Assembly: GCA_963663545.1 (NCBI GenBank)
Contig: OY760505.1
Location: 640,001-704,000 of the forward strand
DNA from: Candidatus Delongbacteria bacterium
GTDB taxonomy: Bacteria > CAIWAD01
DNA length: 64,000 bases
Reading direction: 5' to 3'
The translations under genes were made by a program, and so were the position numbers. The notes beneath the pieces were generated by a model. That model saw nothing but the letters and a program-made list of their open reading frames with translations, was not told where the DNA came from and searched no databases. Within the stretch, counting starts at the first letter, position 1, and each line of letters begins with the position of its first letter. Shown piece after piece: positions 39,574 through 54,169 of the stretch.

Positions 39574-40226
39574 TATTTGCTCCGGGTCACGAGGTGAATC
39601 AGCTTGACAGCGTACTCATCGATGTCGGCCAAAATGGCGTTGGTCTTGTTGTTGATCCAGCTGTAGAACAGCATGGAAGGAATGGCGACCATCAGACCAC
39701 CCAAGGTGGTCAGCATGGCGGTGGAGATACCGGCTGTCAGACCGGCCGCAGCACCCGGGCCACCACTGCTCATGGCGTCGAAGGACTGGATCAGACCGAA
39801 GATGGTACCCATCAAACCGATCAAGGTGCTGACGTTGGCGAAGGTCTGCAGCCAGCTTGTGCGCTTCTGCAGGCGGGGAATTACCTCGAGGGTGGCCTCG
39901 TCAACGGCATTTTGAATGTTGCGATAGTCAATGTACTCGCGGTCGGCGGCTTCCTTCAGTGCACAATAGAACACATAGGGCAGCGCCTTCTCCTTGAGGG
40001 ATTCCGAAAGACGCAGCGCGTTCTTCAGATCACCCTTGTTGACCATGGCGAAAACGTCGGTGGAAAACTTGAGCGCATCCACGTTTGCCTTCACATTGAC
40101 CGTCATCAAGCGTTCGAGGAAGAAGGACAGTGAGCACAGGCCAATTACTCCCAGTACCCAGTAGAAGAAGGCACCGGAACCATTTGCGGGACTAAAGGCC
40201 TGCAGAAGTTTGAGGATCACATCCAT
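39573..40226 (-). CDS. MotA/TolQ/ExbB proton channel (AglR-like)
   Basis: ANVSTLIGLMGTIFGLI, GISTAMLTTLGGLMVAIP. Confidence 0.92.
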   Translation of the reverse strand: MDVILKLLQAFSPANGSGAFFYWVLGVIGLCSLSFFLERLMTVNVKANVDALKFSTDVFAMVNKGDLKNALRLSESLKEKALPYVFYCALKEAADREYIDYRNIQNAVDEATLEVIPRLQKRTSWLQTFANVSTLIGLMGTIFGLIQSFDAMSSGGPGAAAGLTAGISTAMLTTLGGLMVAIPSMLFYSWINNKTNAILADIDEYAVKLIHLVTRSK

Positions 40227-40250
40227 GCGAAGAACTCCGCGTGTTATGGG

Positions 40251-40628
40251 TTAAACTAATAGTTCAGCTAGTACCTGTCGCAGCACCTCAACGATACCAC
40301 GCAGCTTGTTGGAAGCGCAGACCGGGTTGGTGTACACGCAAATGTTGGCGCGACAGTAATCAAGTCGTTCATTGCAACCCACCCGATACTGGTAGGTGGC
40401 CGCCGGCATCATCCGTTTGGTGATGATGGATCGGTCAAATGGCATTTTCCGCTCTGCCATGAAGCGCTCGATGAAGCCCCAAAGGAAAGTCTGGGCTTCC
40501 AGGACTTCCATCGGCTTAAGTTTTGCCAGTTCCGCGGTAAAAGCCTCACGGTCCTTGCACAACTCCACCAGACGTTCGCCGATCGATCGATCGTCGGGGG
40601 TATGTACGGTCGTCTTCTCGGAGGTCAT
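40251..40628 (-). CDS. Hypothetical protein with a 4-Cys cluster
   Basis: ATGA overlap with the upstream gene; GCNERLDYCRANICVYTNPVC. Confidence 0.7.
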   Translation of the reverse strand: MTSEKTTVHTPDDRSIGERLVELCKDREAFTAELAKLKPMEVLEAQTFLWGFIERFMAERKMPFDRSIITKRMMPAATYQYRVGCNERLDYCRANICVYTNPVCASNKLRGIVEVLRQVLAELLV

Positions 40629-40987
40629 TCCTGTCCATCCTGCGTGGATTTGCCGTTAGCATCGGATTTATTGCCATTGGGCTTGAGCACACGCTGCCGC
40701 TCGAGTAGCTCGCGTGGCAGCAGAATGCGCGTTCCCAAGGCCAACTCTGGATTGAATGCACTGAACTCAACGTTGGGCCGGCGCGCTTGATCAACAAAGG
40801 AGCGCTCCAGCCTGAAGTCGCTGATTTCGGGGCGCAAGCGCGAAGAGATGATGGCCACAGAAGGCTCTCGAATTTGTCCCTCAATGGTGACTTCGTCCAA
40901 AATCAGGAAATCATCCTGTGCCGACAAGCAGTCGGCGAGGACCAGCAGGCCACCGAGCAGCAGGCTATTCCATGCGATTCTTGTCAT
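40625..40987 (-). CDS. Small secreted protein resembling CglF/GltF
   Basis: Signal peptide; LDEVTIEGQIREPS motif resembles my recollection of the CglF 'TIEG..KP' motif; position fits the cluster. Confidence 0.55.
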   Translation of the reverse strand: MTRIAWNSLLLGGLLVLADCLSAQDDFLILDEVTIEGQIREPSVAIISSRLRPEISDFRLERSFVDQARRPNVEFSAFNPELALGTRILLPRELLERQRVLKPNGNKSDANGKSTQDGQE

Positions 40988-43900
40988 ACAGCCGGTTCAT
41001 CCTGATCAGCATTTCTTGTTGACGTTGACGTTCCTGTTCACGCTCGATCTGTGCGTCAAACAGCTCCTGCGTCAAGGTGGCAATCTGCTCCACCTCCACC
41101 TTCACGGCCACGGCGCCTCCGGATCCGTCGCGATCCTGCACCTCAACCGCCAGCAGGTTGTCTCCAGCCTGGATGAACTCACCCAGGTCGTAGCTTTCGA
41201 CACGTAGCACGCTTCCCGCCTCGGCCTGCCTTTCCTCGATGTACTCGCCATTGAAGAAAAGGTAGTAGGCGTCATCGGCGGCAATCTCAACCCGTGCTCC
41301 GGTCGGAGTACCATCCAGCGTAAACCGCGAACGGAAGAAGACCGTGTCGGCCTCGGCGCCCGCACTTGGCGCGGCAGCAAGCACGCGCAGGCGAAGATCA
41401 GCATTGACCTGTGTCACGCTGTCCGCGGGGACGCTTAGACTATCGGCCATTGAAGCTGCTGTCTCCAGTGTATCGAGGATTTGTATCACGGGATACATGG
41501 CAAGATCTGCCGCAGCCACTTCAAGCGTCTCAGGCGCGGCATCGGCACGCAGCAACCAGATAGCGGGAGCGCCCTCGGGACACACAATGCCCTCTGCTTG
41601 CATCACCTGCATCCAGCCCTGAGTCGTGCCCTCCAGCATATCCCAGCCGCTTTCGTAGCCGCGACGAGCCAGATAGCCTGTGGCGGTGGTAAAGAGCTTC
41701 TTGTTCTCGCCCAAACCGAACTTCTCACCAAAGCGAGCGGGGTCTTCTTGCGCTAGAGCGAAGTACAGTCGACGCGCAGGGACACTGACTGGGTTCACGC
41801 GTGAGATGATAGGCTCACTTTGCAGCATGACCTCTTTGGAAGAAACACCAAGAAAATAGGCGGCGTCCTCGAGGAACACGCTGGCATCCTGATCCACATA
41901 CAACTGGCTGCTCTGGAAGCGCTCCCAATAGATGTCCTTGATGCTGCGCAAGCTGTCCGCTAATTCAACCATTTTTCGCGAACGCTCCAAAGCACCGAGC
42001 GCCATACTGTCACACAACTCTGGCGCTAGAGTGGCGCCAAGCTGGTTGGCCTCAAGAATCTGGATCAGACGATCATAGATCATCAGCGAATTGATGGCAT
42101 AGCCCTGGTTGTAATCGGCCATATCCAGCACTTCGTTGCCATAATCTTCTTCCGCAAAACCGCGATTGTCCACGTAATCCTCGCCTCGATCCACCGTGCG
42201 TAGGAAGACGTCGACCGAATTGCCCATGGCAAGGTAGGCTTCATCAATGAAGGATGAATAAGCACCGGGCAGCAGAGCCAGCGTTGCTCGCACACGGGCT
42301 TCCACGCGTGGACGCCAATTGCGCTCCAGACCCACCTGTGCAATCAGCTCCAGCGCTTCGCGATAGGCCTCCACGACAGATTGCGTGGTAACCAGAGCCG
42401 CTCCGCCGTAAACACTATGATCCAGATCTGCCAGACGCATGAAGACATCGTCCCGGAACTGCGAACCGATACTAAGGCTTAGTGGCACGCGCTTCTCGTA
42501 TTCTGCCAGACTTGCCATCAGGATTTCGGGCACCTTTTCGCGTGAGCGGGATGTCCAAATGGTGCTTTCCGTCAATGAGCTGTCCATTAGGTCGGCCGCG
42601 CGCTTCAACTGAAGCTGCTGGGCCAGGCTGTCTTCGGGCGGCGACAGACTGTCGTTGTCGAAGGCGGCCAGGAAATCGGCCAAAGTGTCACGACGCTCAC
42701 GTAACGCGCGGCGCTGGCGCTGCAGGCTCTCCACAGCTCCTTCGAGCTCACGCGTTGTGGCCACATAGGATTCCACTGCCACCTTGGCCAGAAGATGGGC
42801 TGCATCCTGGATCTCGATTTCGCCTTGCACTTCCTGCGATGCCGTCGAGTAACTCACGCGCTCCTGCTCGCGGTAGGCACGGGCAAACTCCTCGTGACAC
42901 GCGGCAAGCAGGTAACGGGCATAGAAGACGTCGCCCGTACCCATGCCCACAAGCTCGTCCAGATCATGCAGCAAGGAGTCGCGACGACGCTTCTTCTCGT
43001 CGAGCTGACGGCTCAAGGTTGCCTGGGGCTGAGTCAGGTTGATCGCCTTGTATTCCTCAAAGGACCAGTCGATGATCTTGCGCAGTGCGCGTGCGGCGTA
43101 GAAGCTGTTGCCGTCCAACCCGCGAGCCCGCAGCTGACGGTTGCGCTGTACGGCCTGATCATACTCGCTGCGCGCCTCGTACTCGCGCTCTTGCCGCAAG
43201 AAGTAATCGCCGCGCTCCACATAGGCCTGCACCGTGCGGGGATCGTCCGGGAAAAGACGGGCGAAATCGGCATAGATGCGGTTGGCCGAATCGATATCAT
43301 CCAACTTCAAGTAGAGACCCGCATTGGCAAAGAGCACCAGATTGGCATCCTCGGCATCGGGATAGCGCTCCACGTAGAGCTGGTTCATGCGAATGGTGCC
43401 CAGGTAGTCCTTTTCCTGATCGTAGCAATAGGCGGCGTTGGTAATTGCCGTCTTGGCGTACTCTGACGAAGGGAACTCCATGGCCAGCTTCTCGAAGGTG
43501 ATGGCTGCCGCGTGCCAATCCTGCATCTCGTTGAGGAAGATGAAACCGGCCAGCGACACAGCACGATCGGCGAACTTGGATTGCGGGTAATGGTCGGCCA
43601 GATACAGGTACGTATCGGTGGCTTCAGGCCAAGCCTCGGCCTTGCTGAACTCGTCTGCGGCATCGTAGAGGGCCGCATCGGCAAAGGCGGCGTCCGGGAC
43701 TTCCAGCGCCGTACGCTTGAACTCCTGCGCAGCGCTCAAGTGGTCTTCGCTGCTGCGCAATTCATCGGCGAAGGCATAGGCGCTTTCGGCCTGGCGCGTA
43801 CGCGCACGGTCCACCAGCTCGGCACTCAGACCCAGCTGCTGAATGGTAACGGCCACGGCTTCGGCCTGTTGGAAGCTGCCAAGTGCGAAGAGGCCTTCGA

Positions 43901-45980
43901 GCTTCAGCTTGTAGGCTTCTTCAAATTGCGGCGTACCAGGATAGCTCTCGATGACGCGATCGAAGACCTCCACCGCGTGCGGGAAGGATTGATGGCTGTA
44001 ATATTGCTTGCCTGCCGTGAGCAAATAGTCGGGCGAATTCTCCGCTTCTGGAAAGAGCTCGACATAGTTCAGCAGCGCGGCCTCTTTCAACTCTTCCATC
44101 GGAGTCAGCCCAGTGACCGCAACACTTTCGGTCTCAGCTTCTTCCTCACCTTCAACCGTAACAGCTTCAGGCTCGGCGGGGGCTTCAGTCGGCTCTTCGA
44201 TCGGCTCTGCGATCGGCGCGGTCAGCTTTTCCTGATCCACCATGATCTGAGCGATCACAATGGCGTTGTAAGCGGCATCGTGCACATCGCGCCCGGGATA
44301 CTCGCGGCTGATGCTTAGATATTCCTCGTAGGCGGTGGGATAATCCTGCATCTCCGCTTCGAGGGTTTTGGCCATGTTCCAATGGATCAGATACGCGGCG
44401 GTATCTGCGGGGAAGGTGCGCAGATACTTGCGCGACAGATCGACAAACTCGTCCTGTTTCTCCTGCAGCCCCGAAGCGTAGGCCTGATGCATGGCAATGG
44501 TGACATTTTCCTGTAAATGCTGGTTCAACAGTCCATTCAGGCGGTCCTGATCGCTGACACCCACACGCTGACCCCAGGCAGATTCAGCCGAGAACTCGTC
44601 GTAGAGCTGATTCTTCTCCTGGTAGGCCATGGTTGGGTCGTTGAGCGCGCCCGGACTGTAGCAGAGAATGACCTTCTCCTGCACAAAGGGCAGTTCGGCG
44701 GAATCGGGATAGATGGCAATCAGGCTGTCGTAGGCCACCACAGCTTTTTCAAACTGCTGCACTTCGGTGCGATACAGGTCGCCATAGCGGTCCATCAACT
44801 GGAAGCCGAAACCCTCGCGCACGGCGCGATCGTCGCGCACATAGCTGGAAAGCGATGCGATGTTGGCCTTGTCCCAGTCGACGTCGGCAAAATTGATGGC
44901 GATGTAGGCAATGGACTCGTCCAGCAAAGCGGCGCTCAACTGGTCGCCTTCCTTCAGCTTGCTGGCAGCGTAGAGGGCGGCCTGCGTGAAGTAGTCGACG
45001 GAAGTTTCATTGTCTTCAAGCCGGTAATAGCACCAGCCCAGCTTGTAGAGCGCCTTCTCGCGGGCAGGATAGTCGTCGTAGCCCATGACCTGCGTGTAGC
45101 ACTCCACCGCCTGGCGGATGTTTTCGTCACCATCGCGACGGAACCAATACTCGGCCAGACGCATCCAGGCCTCGGGCGCATAGCGGCTCTGCGGAAAATC
45201 GCGCACCAGCTGCTCAAAAAGGCGGCGTGCCTCTTCCACTTGCACCGCATCACTACTGTTCTCGCGAATGTAGGCCACGTTGTACAGAGCGTCGTCCATG
45301 TATTCCGAGAAGGGAAACTCGTCGATGACCCGCTGATACTTCAGCACGGCATCGTTGAAATCACGAATCGGCTCCATGCCGGTTGGCAGGTTGGCCTCCA
45401 TGCGCGCCAGCATTTCGTCCTGGGCGTTGAAGTACTCTTCTTCGCTGCGGTCGTAATACAGCTCGGCCAAACGCAGACAGAGCTTGGCAACAACATCGCG
45501 CTGGCTGAACTGCTGCATCTGCCTGTTGCGCCGGTACTGGTACAGGAACTCTTCGCCCTTGGCCAGAATGTCGTCGCGCAGTTCGGTGCGGTGCGTGAGC
45601 AGTGTTTCCTGCTCGGCCAGGTAGCGCTGTTTGAGCGCTTCCAGCTGAGTAGCGTTCAAATCAAAAAGCGCGGCCTCCTCGATCTGCCGAAGCAGAGCGA
45701 TTAGACGGAGCTTCAATTTGGAGACTTCAATGTTCAGCTCGGTGCGCGTCTCACGATCGGCGGCCTGACGTTCCATGGCCAGCAACTCGTTGTACTGCGC
45801 CAGAATCGCTTCACCTTCGTCGATATAGGCACGCGTGGCCTCGCTCACCGACATACTGCGCACGCTTTCCCAGCGTTGTAGTACGTTCTGCTCAATGCGG
45901 ACGGCGTCGTCCTGTTGCGCCTGTGCGCTTTGCAGCAAAGCCAGACAGATCAGGATGAGGGTTGCCAGGCTGCGCATCAT
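40965..45980 (-). CDS. Large periplasmic TPR protein (GltD/AgmU-like) with C-terminal beta-sandwich
   Basis: Signal peptide; many xxFPxSxY and ALYxLGW TPR motifs; C-terminal ADDAYYLFFNG...GDNLLAVEV. Confidence 0.85.
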   Translation of the reverse strand: MMRSLATLILICLALLQSAQAQQDDAVRIEQNVLQRWESVRSMSVSEATRAYIDEGEAILAQYNELLAMERQAADRETRTELNIEVSKLKLRLIALLRQIEEAALFDLNATQLEALKQRYLAEQETLLTHRTELRDDILAKGEEFLYQYRRNRQMQQFSQRDVVAKLCLRLAELYYDRSEEEYFNAQDEMLARMEANLPTGMEPIRDFNDAVLKYQRVIDEFPFSEYMDDALYNVAYIRENSSDAVQVEEARRLFEQLVRDFPQSRYAPEAWMRLAEYWFRRDGDENIRQAVECYTQVMGYDDYPAREKALYKLGWCYYRLEDNETSVDYFTQAALYAASKLKEGDQLSAALLDESIAYIAINFADVDWDKANIASLSSYVRDDRAVREGFGFQLMDRYGDLYRTEVQQFEKAVVAYDSLIAIYPDSAELPFVQEKVILCYSPGALNDPTMAYQEKNQLYDEFSAESAWGQRVGVSDQDRLNGLLNQHLQENVTIAMHQAYASGLQEKQDEFVDLSRKYLRTFPADTAAYLIHWNMAKTLEAEMQDYPTAYEEYLSISREYPGRDVHDAAYNAIVIAQIMVDQEKLTAPIAEPIEEPTEAPAEPEAVTVEGEEEAETESVAVTGLTPMEELKEAALLNYVELFPEAENSPDYLLTAGKQYYSHQSFPHAVEVFDRVIESYPGTPQFEEAYKLKLEGLFALGSFQQAEAVAVTIQQLGLSAELVDRARTRQAESAYAFADELRSSEDHLSAAQEFKRTALEVPDAAFADAALYDAADEFSKAEAWPEATDTYLYLADHYPQSKFADRAVSLAGFIFLNEMQDWHAAAITFEKLAMEFPSSEYAKTAITNAAYCYDQEKDYLGTIRMNQLYVERYPDAEDANLVLFANAGLYLKLDDIDSANRIYADFARLFPDDPRTVQAYVERGDYFLRQEREYEARSEYDQAVQRNRQLRARGLDGNSFYAARALRKIIDWSFEEYKAINLTQPQATLSRQLDEKKRRRDSLLHDLDELVGMGTGDVFYARYLLAACHEEFARAYREQERVSYSTASQEVQGEIEIQDAAHLLAKVAVESYVATTRELEGAVESLQRQRRALRERRDTLADFLAAFDNDSLSPPEDSLAQQLQLKRAADLMDSSLTESTIWTSRSREKVPEILMASLAEYEKRVPLSLSIGSQFRDDVFMRLADLDHSVYGGAALVTTQSVVEAYREALELIAQVGLERNWRPRVEARVRATLALLPGAYSSFIDEAYLAMGNSVDVFLRTVDRGEDYVDNRGFAEEDYGNEVLDMADYNQGYAINSLMIYDRLIQILEANQLGATLAPELCDSMALGALERSRKMVELADSLRSIKDIYWERFQSSQLYVDQDASVFLEDAAYFLGVSSKEVMLQSEPIISRVNPVSVPARRLYFALAQEDPARFGEKFGLGENKKLFTTATGYLARRGYESGWDMLEGTTQGWMQVMQAEGIVCPEGAPAIWLLRADAAPETLEVAAADLAMYPVIQILDTLETAASMADSLSVPADSVTQVNADLRLRVLAAAPSAGAEADTVFFRSRFTLDGTPTGARVEIAADDAYYLFFNGEYIEERQAEAGSVLRVESYDLGEFIQAGDNLLAVEVQDRDGSGGAVAVKVEVEQIATLTQELFDAQIEREQERQRQQEMLIRMNRLYDKNRME

Positions 45981-48262
45981 TCCTGCTCCTCCGGCTCATT
46001 GGTCCGGGTTTCTTCGGGCGTCTCCTCCCCGGCGGATTGCGGCTCTGCCCCTCCTGTGGGGTCGATCTCTTCGGGGGTCTCCGTTTCCATGCCTTCAGGC
46101 TCGGTCTGCGCTTCCTCAACGGGCACCGCTGCTGGCACGGACTCCGGCTCTTCCTGTTGGGTGGATCGACTTACGCTACCCGACTGCAGGCCCTCGATTG
46201 TCTGCAGATAATCGTCCAGTTCGCGAATGCGGTCTTCGATGCGCTGCAGCTCGTCAAAGCGGATATCACCGATAGCAACACGCGAGAAGGCCAGCTCGGA
46301 CCAGCGGTCCAGATCGCTTTCGGGCGGAGTGGGACGGTTTTCTGCGGCACGGCGACGCAGCACCTGCACATCCTCATCCAGACGCTCCATGCGACGGCGA
46401 TACAGGCTGGCCTGCAGCTCGCTGTGGGAGTCGGAAAAGCTGGTGCCATCGATCTCCTGGATGCGATCCTCCAGCACGCGCAGTTCTACTCCCGAGCTGG
46501 TGGCCAGGGAATCCAACATGGCCAGCGCGGTTTTGGCCGTGCGCTCCTGCAGCAGCAAGGGATTGCGACTGATCTCGAGATAGCCCGACACGCGCACGCC
46601 CTGCAAAAGACGGCGAACCTCTTTCTGCAGGCTGGTGAACTCCTGGCGCGTGGACATATCCATGTTCTCGCCCTTTGTACGGGCCAGCTCACGCATCTGC
46701 TCGTTCAACTCGTCCAGCACGCGGCGCTCGTCCATGTAGTCGGCCATGACTTCGTTGGCCGTGAGCACCTCGGTATTCTTGACACGCTTCAGCAGTACAC
46801 GTGCCTTGTTGCGCAAACTCGAATAATCGGCCCAGGCCGCTTCGTCACCGCTCAGGAAGATATCCTGCTCGGCCTGCACCAGATGGCGCATCAGGCGAAT
46901 AAGCTCGCGCCGCTCCATGCCCAGATCGCGAAGCTTGCTGTTACGCTCCGAAGCATCCAGCACCTGATTGTAGATGTCAATGGCCTCGGCGTCGCGGTCC
47001 ATTTTCTCCGCCGCATAGCCCTGCAAGGTAATGGCCTCGTAGCGCAGCGAAGAAGAGGGATAATGCTCCACCAACTGATGCGCCAACTCAAAGGCCTCTT
47101 CGTGATCGGAAACGGAAAGCCCAGACCAGGCACGTCCCAGCAAAGCGTCTGCGTGCAACTGACTGCCGTTGCGCACTTGCGCGAACTCGCTGGAGGCACG
47201 GTCAAAATCCCCGGTCTCGAAGTAGAGGTAGCCCAGTTTCAAATGAATGTCGTCGCGTAGCACGGGAAACTCATCATGCCCCCAGCCGGGCTCGATGCGC
47301 ACCAGCAGTTCTTCAAGGACCTGAATTGCCGTGCTGTACTCTTCTTTGACGATGTAACTCAAGGAGATCATGTGCAAAGCGCGAATCTCGTACGCGTCCT
47401 CGGGCTTGATCTGCTCCATCTGCACAAGGCAATCGTCATACTCACCATTAATGAAGAAGACATAGCCCATCAGATAGAGGCATTCGCCATCCATCGACCG
47501 CGCTTTCTCGCGGCGCAATTCACGACGTACGACATCCAGCGCAAGACCGTCCTGACCGAAGGTAAGACGTACACGCAGTAAATGCTTGCATCCCTGCAGC
47601 GACCACGCGCTTTCGGGGAACTCGCTCAGCAGCTCTTCATACAGCGCAACCGCGCGATCCCAGAGTCCGGCGCTGTAGGCGGCCTCGGCCTGGAAGAAGA
47701 GAATGTCGTCTAAATTGGCGTAGGGATAGTCACTGCGCAGATCGTTGAACAACCGCTCAGCCAACAGGAAATCAGCGGCTGCGTAGGCTTCGATGGCCTG
47801 ATTCAGTTCAAAACGGAAATAGCCCTGCTGGGCTTCGGTGGGCGTGGTGGCGATTAGACGTGTCCGCAGTCGCTGCGCGGCGGCCTGTTTGTGCAACACA
47901 ATCTGCTGCTGGCGCTGTGCCCAAAAGGAGGCGAGGGCGAACTCGTCACCCTTCTCCGGCGGTCCGCCGTTTTGCGGTTCGCTAAGCAGAAGATCCAGAT
48001 CCTCACCAAGAACAGAAGGATCGGTTCCCGTACGCTCCAGCTCGTGAGCTATGCCGCGCATGCGCGCCGACAGCAGCTTCTCCTGGAGAATCAGGTCCTG
48101 CTTGATTCGCACCAGGTACTCGCGGTACCACTTCAATTGTTGGCGGGTGAAAGAGTCCTCTTGAACTGCGGGCGCGGCTTGCAGGGCAGTTGCCAAAAAG
48201 GCACCCACCACGAACAGCAGAATCAGGCTCTTCATCCTCGAGAATGGGCAATTACCAGTCAC
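45977..48262 (-). CDS. Periplasmic TPR/coiled-coil protein (GltC-like)
   Basis: Signal peptide after MKSL (true start may be slightly downstream); TPR motifs; DALLGRAW; overlaps the next gene. Confidence 0.8.
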   Translation of the reverse strand: MTGNCPFSRMKSLILLFVVGAFLATALQAAPAVQEDSFTRQQLKWYREYLVRIKQDLILQEKLLSARMRGIAHELERTGTDPSVLGEDLDLLLSEPQNGGPPEKGDEFALASFWAQRQQQIVLHKQAAAQRLRTRLIATTPTEAQQGYFRFELNQAIEAYAAADFLLAERLFNDLRSDYPYANLDDILFFQAEAAYSAGLWDRAVALYEELLSEFPESAWSLQGCKHLLRVRLTFGQDGLALDVVRRELRREKARSMDGECLYLMGYVFFINGEYDDCLVQMEQIKPEDAYEIRALHMISLSYIVKEEYSTAIQVLEELLVRIEPGWGHDEFPVLRDDIHLKLGYLYFETGDFDRASSEFAQVRNGSQLHADALLGRAWSGLSVSDHEEAFELAHQLVEHYPSSSLRYEAITLQGYAAEKMDRDAEAIDIYNQVLDASERNSKLRDLGMERRELIRLMRHLVQAEQDIFLSGDEAAWADYSSLRNKARVLLKRVKNTEVLTANEVMADYMDERRVLDELNEQMRELARTKGENMDMSTRQEFTSLQKEVRRLLQGVRVSGYLEISRNPLLLQERTAKTALAMLDSLATSSGVELRVLEDRIQEIDGTSFSDSHSELQASLYRRRMERLDEDVQVLRRRAAENRPTPPESDLDRWSELAFSRVAIGDIRFDELQRIEDRIRELDDYLQTIEGLQSGSVSRSTQQEEPESVPAAVPVEEAQTEPEGMETETPEEIDPTGGAEPQSAGEETPEETRTNEPEEQE

Positions 48263-48417
48263 GCTCTCTCCCGTCCGGATTCCACGAACTGTACCGCTCC
48301 ACCGCGGTAGGGTCGCAGCACCCTTCGCGAGGCTTTATATTCCAAGAAATTAGAATTCCAATGGACCAATAGCAACGTTCCGCCAGAATAGGTCCTGTAT
48401 GCACCTCCGAACAGAAC

Positions 48418-51190
<2,773 letters not shown>

Positions 51191-51193
51191 CGC

Positions 51194-52819
<1,626 letters not shown>

Positions 52820-53350
52820 TCAGTTCTCGAGAAGCGCGTGGCGCATCTGCTCCAGACGTGTGCGCAGCGAAGCGTCAAGCTGCCGGTCCTCGACCCGTGC
52901 GACAAAGCCGCCCAGTAAGCGTGGATCCAGCTTGTGCTCCAGCTGTACCTGACGTCCGACCATGCGCGACAGCGTGGTGTGGATCTCATCCTTGAGGGAA
53001 TCACCCACTTCCGTCGCCGTCACCAGCGTACCCGTGACACGTCCCGCCTCGGCATCGGCGAACTCGCGCATCTCCTGCATCATCTGCGGCAGCAGTGCAG
53101 CCCTTCCCTTGCGTATCACAAGAGACAGGAAGGAACGAAAGAGCGGTCCCGACGAGGCGAAGACTTCTTCCACCACAGCCAATCGCTGTGCCAACTGCAC
53201 TTTGGGTGACAACAGAAATGCGGGCAGCTCGGTTTGCCAGACTTCCTCCAGCAGCGCCACGTCGGCCATCACGGCCTGCAGGCTGTCGCTTTCACGGGCA
53301 GCCTCCAGCAAGGCACGACTGTATTTGCGGCTGATGGGATCGCGGCTCAT
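52820..53350 (-). CDS. atpH: ATP synthase F1 delta
   Basis: [13 protein letters not shown]...DASL; operon position. Confidence 0.93.
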   Translation of the reverse strand: MSRDPISRKYSRALLEAARESDSLQAVMADVALLEEVWQTELPAFLLSPKVQLAQRLAVVEEVFASSGPLFRSFLSLVIRKGRAALLPQMMQEMREFADAEAGRVTGTLVTATEVGDSLKDEIHTTLSRMVGRQVQLEHKLDPRLLGGFVARVEDRQLDASLRTRLEQMRHALLEN

Positions 53351-53850
53351 GAGGCTCCGCCCATGTCCTTGAGCGTATCACGGATGATCGCTTCGTGATC
53401 CTGCGGCCCCAGGCTCTGACGTATCACCTGCTCGGCGGCGCGAATTGTCATATCCACGACTTCGCCTTTCAGGCTTTCCATGGCCTTACGGGACTGCAAC
53501 TCGGCTTCCTGCTCGGCACGCTGGCGAATCTGGCTGGCTTCCTCGCGGGTTGCGTTTAGCTGCTCTTCTTCAAGACGACGGGCACGCGCGCGGCCTTCAT
53601 CAATAATATGCTGCGCCTCGCTACGGGCCTGCCCCAGCTGTTCTTCCACCTGCTGGCGAGATTTGGTTGCGTTTTCCCGATCAAGGCGCGCCTGCTCGAT
53701 GTCATCGGCAATGCCCTTTTCGCGGGCCTCCAGCGCTGCAAGAATCGGCTTCCAGGCAAACTTGTGCAGAATGAACAGCACAATAATCAGGACGAGGATC
53801 GTCCAAGTCACCGAGCCCGGATCAAGAGAGAAGATTCTGTCAATAGTCAT
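53347..53850 (-). CDS. atpF: ATP synthase Fo subunit b
   Basis: TM segment, KFAWKPIL, coiled coil. Confidence 0.93.
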   Translation of the reverse strand: MTIDRIFSLDPGSVTWTILVLIIVLFILHKFAWKPILAALEAREKGIADDIEQARLDRENATKSRQQVEEQLGQARSEAQHIIDEGRARARRLEEEQLNATREEASQIRQRAEQEAELQSRKAMESLKGEVVDMTIRAAEQVIRQSLGPQDHEAIIRDTLKDMGGAS

Positions 53851-53870
53851 CTTCAACCCCTGTACTTGAC

Positions 53871-53899
53871 AAAGTGGACACCTTCCGTCGGTCCACTTT
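53871..53899. other. Intercistronic hairpin between atpE and atpF
   Basis: AAAGTGGAC-N11-GTCCACTTT. Confidence 0.55.
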
Positions 53900-53908
53900 C
53901 GGGCATGG

Positions 53909-54130
53909 CTACTTAAGACCGATCAACATGGTCACGACAGTACCGAACAGGGCAACACCCTCGATCAGCGCTGCGGAAATGATCATGGCAAGCTGAATCT
54001 TGCCAGCAGCCTCAGGCTGACGCGAAATGGCTTCCATAGCCTGGCCACCAATGCGTCCGATACCCAGACCAGCACCCAAGGTCACCAGGCCAGCACCCAG
54101 ACCAGCACCCATCATTCCTAAAGTTTCCAT
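53909..54130 (-). CDS. atpE: ATP synthase Fo subunit c (H+-type)
   Basis: GAGLGIG, RQPEA, ALIEG; no Na+-binding Q/E-S/T signature. Confidence 0.96.
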   Translation of the reverse strand: METLGMMGAGLGAGLVTLGAGLGIGRIGGQAMEAISRQPEAAGKIQLAMIISAALIEGVALFGTVVTMLIGLK

Positions 54131-54169
54131 GGTTCGCTCCAAAGTTTTGGTTATTGCTCGTTTTGTGTT

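Noticed and set aside
53909..54130. Na+-coupled or N-type ATPase
   Set aside because: Subunit c has IEGV without the Na+ ligands, and the gene order is the standard F-type order including delta.
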